From positions 1,680,001 to 1,712,000 of the forward strand of contig NC_016803.1 in assembly GCF_000189295.2 (NCBI RefSeq): a stretch of 32,000 bases of DNA, written 5' to 3'. This DNA is from Pseudodesulfovibrio mercurii. GTDB taxonomy: Bacteria > Desulfobacterota > Desulfovibrionia > Desulfovibrionales > Desulfovibrionaceae. Positions 27,310-32,000 of the stretch are shown piece after piece; within the stretch, counting starts at the first letter, position 1; the number at the start of each line of letters is the position of its first letter. A program made the position numbers and the translations under genes. The notes beneath the pieces are model-generated. The model was not told the origin of the DNA. It ran no database searches and saw nothing but the letters and a program-made list of their open reading frames with translations.

Positions 27310-27604
27310 AATCATCACCGACACCTTTCACACCCTGCTCCGCCGCGCCCATGCGGCCCGCCCGGCCTGGCAACCGGACCGCTCCTGGCGCGACGCGGTC
27401 CTGCTCGATGCGGCCCGGCTGCACGCCTCGGCCATGAACCTGGACCTGGATCGGCTGGCCCCGCGCTTCACCGTGGCCGCCGCGGCCGTGTCCGGGGTGA
27501 GCCTGTTGACCGCCTTCTGGGTCCTCCGGGACCTGTCCGGCCAGATCCTGTCCGCCCTGACCAGCCAGGCCCTCCACTACGGCCTGCCCGGCCTGGGCAT
27601 TTGA
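27299..27604 (+). CDS. Putative membrane-anchored anti-sigma factor (single TM, no zinc motif); hypothetical
   Basis: 101 aa. Its ATG overlaps the last codons of the sigma gene (GGAGAGGAG SD). One TM (FTVAAAAVSGVSLLTAFWVL). The assignment rests on position only. Confidence 0.45.
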   Translation: MKRRIITDTFHTLLRRAHAARPAWQPDRSWRDAVLLDAARLHASAMNLDLDRLAPRFTVAAAAVSGVSLLTAFWVLRDLSGQILSALTSQALHYGLPGLGI

Positions 27605-27614
27605 GGAGCCGGCC

Positions 27615-28037
27615 ATGAAGAAATGGAAGATATGGACCGCTTTCCTGGCGGTGTTCCTGGCCGGTGCCCTGTCCGGCGTGGCCGGGACCGGCCTGTTCCT
27701 CCGGCTCCACTTCGCCCCGCCCAAAGACCGCGAGGCCTTCCGGGCGCAGGTCACCGAGCGGCTGACCGACACCCTGTCGCGCGAACTGGACCTGACCGAC
27801 GAGGCCGCCCTTGCCGTGCGCACCGAGGTGATCGCCACCCTGGACCGGATCGAGGGCGTGCACGCGGCGCTCCGCCCCAAGGCCGAGGCCATCATCGCCG
27901 ACGGCATCAAGCGGGTGAAGGGCCATCTGACCGAGACGCAGCAGGCCGAACTGGACGAGTTGATCAAGCGCAACCGGGAGAAGCCCTTCGGCATCTTCCG
28001 CCTGCCGCCCCCGCCACCGCCGCCCCCGTTCCCCTAA
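27615..28037 (+). CDS. Periplasmic LTXXQ-motif protein (CpxP/Spy/ZraP-like stress or metal sensor/chaperone) with a poly-proline C-terminus
   Basis: 140 aa. Signal anchor MKKWKIWTAFLAVFLAGALSGVAG. LTXXQ motif HLTETQQAELDEL. C-terminus RLPPPPPPPPFP. GAGGAG SD. Confidence 0.7.
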   Translation: MKKWKIWTAFLAVFLAGALSGVAGTGLFLRLHFAPPKDREAFRAQVTERLTDTLSRELDLTDEAALAVRTEVIATLDRIEGVHAALRPKAEAIIADGIKRVKGHLTETQQAELDELIKRNREKPFGIFRLPPPPPPPPFP

Positions 28038-28169
28038 CCCGGTGCAAAACCACGCCCAAACACAATCTCCTTGTCCCGCCGGAGCAAACTTGGTAGGGGT
28101 CTTCTTCCGGTAGGCAACCGTCTGTCCGGCCCGAGGACGGGGCGCAACCGCCCCCCTTCGGACCGACTG

Positions 28170-28495
28170 CGGAACTGAGCACTGCGGGACCGCCGCGTAT
28201 TCCCATACGCAAGGGTCCGCATCGCGCAAACGCCCCACTGGCGCACAAGAGCGAATTTTTCGCGTAGGTGCGCCGGATGCAAGGCGCAAGGAATCACAGG
28301 ACCGACGCGTATCTCAATACGCAAGGGTCTGCGATTCCCGCAGCAACGCCCCACTGGCGCACAAGAGCAAATTTTTGCGTAGGTGCGCCAGCTGCAAGGC
28401 GCAAGGAAATCACAGGGCCGCCGCGTATCTTAATACGCAAGGGTCTGCGATTTCCGCAGCAACGCAGCAGATGGCGTGCCTACGCAAAAATTTGC
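28170..28495 (+). repeat. Tandem array (about 2.6 copies, unit 112-116 bp) of a hairpin-rich intergenic repeat ending exactly at the 5' end of selC
   Basis: Unit starts (GCGTAT...ATACGC) at 28195, 28307 and 28423, with a partial leading copy from about 28170. Units A and B are about 85% identical by eye. Unit C is truncated and carries an inverted core (see findings). Confidence 0.85.
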
Positions 28496-28589
28496 GGAAG
28501 CGTTTCGGCACCGGTGTGTCGCTTGGTCTTCAAAACCAATGTGTGGCAGTGATGTCACGGGCAGGTTCGACTCCTGTACGCTTCCGCCA
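28496..28589 (+). tRNA. selC: tRNA-Sec (selenocysteine tRNA, anticodon UCA), CCA encoded
   Basis: 8-bp acceptor GGAAGCGT/ACGCTTCC. 6-bp D-stem with 4-nt loop. Anticodon loop CTTCAAA. Long variable arm GTGGCA-GTGA-TGTCAC. The 3' part GGGCAGGTTCGACTCCTGT matches E. coli selC almost base for base. Confidence 0.95.
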
Positions 28590-28601
28590 ACCGAACTCAA
28601 G

Positions 28602-28626
28602 GGCCTGCTCAATGCGGGCCTTTTTC
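28602..28626 (+). terminator. Rho-independent terminator of selC
   Basis: Stem GGCCTGC / GCGGGCC (one G-U pair), loop TCAAT, then TTTTTC. Confidence 0.65.
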
Positions 28627-29043
28627 ATTGATGCCGGGAAATCCCGACGCGGGGCGGGCCGCGTTGTTCCCGAACGGAGGTCGGACGGGACGCCGGGACA
28701 GCCGAATGGCGTTCCGCTCGCCGGAGGCCGGACGGGAGGGGGGCGGATGGAACGGGACGGGAGCGCCCCCGTCCGCACCACGGGCCGCATGTGCGAGAGG
28801 GAGGGTCGGCGGCGTGAACCGGCCGGTTCATGCTGTCCGACAAGAATGGCCAACCCCCTGTTCCGGACGGATTTTCCGGGTCCGGCCCCGTCCCGGTCAC
28901 GGTTCGCCCGCAGGCCGCGTCCAGGCATAGCGGCGATCATAACCTGTCGATAAATCTGACAACTTTCCCCAACCTGTAAAGCAAACCGACGGTTTTCTTC
29001 TTCTCGCGTCAACCAACATGCCGATTTCATTGAATCTTGTTCC

Positions 29044-29060
29044 CGGAATGCCGCTTGCAT
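29044..29060 (+). promoter_or_regulatory. Candidate sigma-54 (-24/-12) promoter upstream of the PEP-CTERM gene
   Basis: CGGAATG-CCGC-TTGCAT. GG (29045-46) and GC (29057-58) have the canonical 12-nt register and the -12 TTGCA is perfect, but the -24 element matches only 3 of 6. It lies about 40 nt upstream of ATG 29098. Confidence 0.3.
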
Positions 29061-29097
29061 GCGGTTTCGGGATCGTACACGAAACGCGGAGGCTGGA

Positions 29098-29835
29098 ATG
29101 AAACGGATTGCGGGAGTGTTGCTGGCGCTGGTGCTGACCCTGGGCCTGGCCGGAACCGGTCATGCCACGGTCATCAACCTGAACTCATGGTCGCAGGCGG
29201 GAGTCGCCGCCAATGGGGACTGGACCGTTTCGTCCGACGGCACCAGCGTGTACCAGAGCGTCAACAGCGACGCCACGTACTTCGTGAGCGGCATCGACTA
29301 CATCGACACCCTGTTCCAGGGGAGCTTCGGGGTGGAGACCACCGCCGACGACGACTACATCGGGTTCGTGTTCGGCTGGAACGGCCTGAACGACTACTAC
29401 CTGCTCGACTGGAAACAGACGACCCAGCTGTCCTCCTCCCTGGGGCTGGCCATTGAGGGATTCACCCTTTCGAAGATCTCGGGCAGCGACGTCAACCTGT
29501 GGTCCCACACCGGCAGCGGCATCGAGGTCCTGGCCACGGCCTACGGCGAGGACATGGGCTGGCTCGACAACGCGCTCAACACCATTGTCCTGGATTACTC
29601 CGCGAACAGCCTGACCGTCACGGTCAACGGCGATCTCATCTTTTCCCTGACCGGTTCCTTCGAGGCGGGCGAATTCGGCTTCTACAACTTCTCGCAGACC
29701 GCGGTGCGCTACAAGGACTTCACGGCGACGACCCGCAACACGGCCACGCCCGTGCCCGAACCCGCCACCTTCGCCCTGCTGGCCGCCGGGCTGCTGGGCC
29801 TGGCGGGCTGCGTCCGCCGCCGGAACAGGCGCTGA
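29098..29835 (+). CDS. Secreted PEP-CTERM-anchored protein with a thrombospondin C-terminal-like (TSP_C / L-lectin fold) domain
   Basis: Start at ATG 29098 (GGAGG SD). Signal peptide MKRIAGVLLALVLTLGLAGTGHA. DDDYIGFVFGW...YYLLDWKQ and GEFGFYNFSQ motifs. C-terminal VPEP + TM + RRRNRR sorting signal. Confidence 0.85.
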   Translation: MKRIAGVLLALVLTLGLAGTGHATVINLNSWSQAGVAANGDWTVSSDGTSVYQSVNSDATYFVSGIDYIDTLFQGSFGVETTADDDYIGFVFGWNGLNDYYLLDWKQTTQLSSSLGLAIEGFTLSKISGSDVNLWSHTGSGIEVLATAYGEDMGWLDNALNTIVLDYSANSLTVTVNGDLIFSLTGSFEAGEFGFYNFSQTAVRYKDFTATTRNTATPVPEPATFALLAAGLLGLAGCVRRRNRR

Positions 29836-29857
29836 CAAACCACGCCAACGCACGCAA

Positions 29858-29898
29858 GGGCGGCCGCCGGAACCAGGTTCCGGCGGCCGCCTTTTTTT
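29858..29898 (+). terminator. Rho-independent terminator after the PEP-CTERM gene
   Basis: GGCGGCCGCCGGAACC a GGTTCCGGCGGCCGCC followed by TTTTTTT. Confidence 0.85.
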
Positions 29899-29918
29899 CG
29901 GTGCGTTCCGAGCCGGGA

Positions 29919-30284
29919 TCAGGACCAGATCTTTTCGGGCATGTACGGGTGGGTGCCCTCGACGACCTCCAGGCCGGACTTGGCCTGAATCTTGGTGATC
30001 ACGTCGTCGGCGTGGGTGCAGTGGTCTGACAGACACGGGCCGATGTGGATCACGGTGGGCTGCTCCTGAAGGGGCACGTTCCAGAGCTTGACCTGGGCCA
30101 GCCGCTGAACGATGGACGCGCCCGGACAGCCGCCGCAGTTGAGGATGCCCAGGACCTCGGCCTCCTTGTCCTTGTAGCGCGCGAACTGCCCCTCGCGCCG
30201 GTTGAAGGCCACCAGGCAGCGGGAACAGCCGATGCAGACGTCGTCCATGGTATTCCGGCATCCGATGATGAGAATCTTTTCCAT
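29919..30284 (-). CDS. CGGC-domain protein (small Cys-rich, putative metal/redox protein)
   Basis: 121 aa from ATG 30284 (GGAGG SD): MEKILIIGCRNTMDDVCIGCSRCLVAF...LNCGGCPG... Confidence 0.75.
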   Translation of the reverse strand: MEKILIIGCRNTMDDVCIGCSRCLVAFNRREGQFARYKDKEAEVLGILNCGGCPGASIVQRLAQVKLWNVPLQEQPTVIHIGPCLSDHCTHADDVITKIQAKSGLEVVEGTHPYMPEKIWS

Positions 30285-30411
30285 GCGAACCTCCTGTGGG
30301 TAGTGGTCTCTCCTCATTGTTATATTTGAACGATTGAGTCAATATTCATACTTTATCGGGAATGAATACCCGGCGCCGACGGGGGGACAAGGGGATCGCC
30401 CTCGACCTCCA

Positions 30412-30428
30412 CGGATCGGGGTTTGCAT
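30412..30428 (+). promoter_or_regulatory. Candidate sigma-54 (-24/-12) promoter upstream of the 273-aa secreted protein gene
   Basis: CGGATCG-GGGT-TTGCAT. GG (30413-14) and GC (30425-26) are 12 nt apart, the same layout as the candidate at 29044. It lies about 85 nt upstream of ATG 30513. Confidence 0.3.
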
Positions 30429-30512
30429 TCACCAAACGCGAAAAACATGCTACCGGAAAGGCAAAGGGAGACGAAGGGGGGAGCAAACAGGCGGCAGACA
30501 AAGGGAGACGAC

Positions 30513-31334
30513 ATGACCACGAAAATCCATGCACGGGCGGCCGTCCTGACGGCCTGCCTGCTCTTGGCGCCGATCCTCGCCTTTGCCTACGGCGGAGGGG
30601 GCGACGTCGGCGGGCCGCCGCGCTCGGGGGGCGGGGCGACCATCGGCGCCACCTCGACCTACACGAATCAATGCGTCGGCGTCACGGAGCAGGCCCCGGC
30701 CCGGCCCATGCCCATGAGCGAGGCGGACCTGTTCGACATGGACCAGGTCAGCCCCAACGTGCAGCGGCTGAGCCTGATCCTGGACTGCATGGTGGCCGAA
30801 GGCGACCTGACCTACACGCAGGCCCGGCATGTCCTGCTCATCTACATGATCGGGGATTACCGGCGCAACCCGCAGACGTGGGGCGGTGAGGCCCCCGCCG
30901 CGGGGCACGACCAGGACGCGTCCTCGGCCCAGGACCCGGCGCGCTACACTCACAACCCGGACAACCGCCAGTCCCTGGCCGACGCCTTCGGCACCACGGC
31001 CCAGACTCCGGCGGCCCCGGCGCCGACCACGACCCCTGCCGGGTACGCCAACGCCATCAACAACCACGAGTCCGCCGTGGCGGCCCTCGCCGCCCACCTC
31101 CGGAGCCTGCCCCCCGAGGACCTGCCGGGGTCGGTGCTGATGCCCGAGGACGAGGTCCACGCCAGCCTGCTGGTCTCCACCTTCGCCTGGGACGAGACCC
31201 TGAACATGCCGACCTCCGTGCGCCAGATGGCCATTGTCCTGGAGGGCCAGATCACCAGCGGGACCATAACCCCGCGCAACGCCTATACCGTGCTCATGGT
31301 GCAGGTGGGCAGGACCGCGCGCGCGGCCCGGTAA
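30513..31334 (+). CDS. Secreted hypothetical protein with an internal duplicated module of about 30 aa and low-complexity Gly and Pro/Thr/Ala linkers
   Basis: Start at ATG 30513 (GGGAG SD). Signal peptide MTTKIHARAAVLTACLLLAPILAFA. Repeats: VQRLSLILDCMVAEGDLTYTQARHVLLIYM and VRQMAIVLEGQITSGTITPRNAYTVLMVQV. Confidence 0.6.
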   Translation: MTTKIHARAAVLTACLLLAPILAFAYGGGGDVGGPPRSGGGATIGATSTYTNQCVGVTEQAPARPMPMSEADLFDMDQVSPNVQRLSLILDCMVAEGDLTYTQARHVLLIYMIGDYRRNPQTWGGEAPAAGHDQDASSAQDPARYTHNPDNRQSLADAFGTTAQTPAAPAPTTTPAGYANAINNHESAVAALAAHLRSLPPEDLPGSVLMPEDEVHASLLVSTFAWDETLNMPTSVRQMAIVLEGQITSGTITPRNAYTVLMVQVGRTARAAR

Positions 31335-31343
31335 GGAGGCGAC

Positions 31344-32000
31344 CATGCGACAGACATCCATGCTTCTCGCGGGCGCCCTGCTCTGCCTGACCCTGGCCGC
31401 TGCCGGGTGCGTCACGGGCTCCGGATCGACCTCGGCCGCTTCCGCCTCTTCCTCTTCCGCATCTTCAGCCGCCAATGCCGACGGGCGGGAGAAGCGGATC
31501 TATCAACCCCGGCAGGTGGACCTGGATGGCCGGTCCCTGCTGGCCGCCGTGACCCTGGACCTGGCGCGCAACGGCATCCTGCCCTCGGGTCCGCTGGTGA
31601 CCATGGCCCCGGACGCCACGGTGGCCCTGGCCCCGGCCCCGGCCGGCTTCCGGGAGACGGACCGGGCCGTGACCGGCGCCGACCAGCTGGGCGACGGGCT
31701 CTATGCCCTGGAGGCCGCCCGGCGGTACGAGGACGGCCTGGGCCGACGGGCCGCCTTCCTCGACCTGGCGGTCTACACCCTGTTCGACCCCGAAAACAGC
31801 GAACTGAACCGCCGCGCGGAGGAACTGCGCTCCGCCTACGTGGCGGCCATGCGCAGCAACGACCCGGCCATGCGGCAGGCCATGGCCCGCTTCGTGACCG
31901 ATTTCCAAAACCAATACGGGCTGCGCGCGGACGGGGCCCTCACCCCGCAGACCGCCATGGCCATGGCCGCGGCCACGCCCGTCCAGACCTTCCAGATCCT
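31344..32000 (+). CDS. Lipoprotein, 3'-truncated by the window edge; C-terminal part resembles a peptidoglycan-binding (PG_binding_1-like) domain
   Basis: Not in the ORF track because no stop falls inside the window. ATG 31344 is preceded by AAGGAGG. Lipobox LTLAAAG-C. Ser/Ala-rich linker. ...FQNQYGLRADGALTPQT resembles the PG-binding repeat. The frame is open to nt 32000. Confidence 0.65.

Noticed and set aside
28170-28495. Possible CRISPR array
   Set aside because: The repeats are about 115 bp and directly abutting with no unique spacers. There are no cas genes. The layout is inconsistent with CRISPR.
28268-28953. ORFs of 94 and 192 aa spanning the tandem repeats and selC, plus the 176-aa minus-strand ORF at 28530-29060
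   Set aside because: They run through a tRNA gene and repeat DNA. They have no SD and give low-complexity translations.
28496-29097. Genomic island integrated at selC
   Set aside because: I could find no integrase, no phage or plasmid genes, and no direct repeat of the selC 3' end in the window. The idea is kept only as a low-interest note.

Overview
High-GC segment (roughly two-thirds G+C by eye). From gene content it looks like the chromosome of a Desulfovibrionaceae-type sulfate reducer; that assignment is inference. I support about 27 CDSs, 2 tRNAs and several terminators and operator-like sites. There is no rRNA, CRISPR array, transposase or integrase. Order, left to right: (1) a membrane/cytidylate-kinase-like fusion cut by the window edge, a DUF389/TIGR00341 membrane protein, and a Cache-HAMP-PAS chemoreceptor. 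(2) tRNA-Glu(UUC). (3) A long minus-strand array: PAS/GAF sensor, FadR-type GntR regulator, 71-aa RR-motif protein, 467-aa aromatic-rich polytopic membrane protein, Tat-exported MBL-fold enzyme, then a 608-aa protein (unknown N-domain + COG0523/CobW GTPase) translationally coupled to exbB-exbD-tonB. (4) After a 1.09-kb apparently non-coding region, a periplasmic formate dehydrogenase fdhAB with Cys (TGC) at the usual selenocysteine position. (5) A P3A-type (plasma-membrane H+-ATPase-like) P-type ATPase. (6) An Fe(III)-type ABC importer plus a small ABM-domain protein. (7) An ECF sigma / putative anti-sigma / LTXXQ (CpxP/Spy-like) module. (8) About 2.6 tandem copies of a ~115-bp hairpin-rich repeat running directly into tRNA-Sec (selC). 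(9) A PEP-CTERM protein with a thrombospondin-C-terminal-like lectin domain, a CGGC-domain protein, a secreted repeat protein, and a lipoprotein truncated at the window end. The best candidates for something undescribed are the COG0523-fusion/ExbBD-TonB operon, the adjacent GntR-controlled Tat-MBL + membrane-partner triad, and the repeat array fused to selC. The very long ORFs antisense to these genes are high-GC artefacts.
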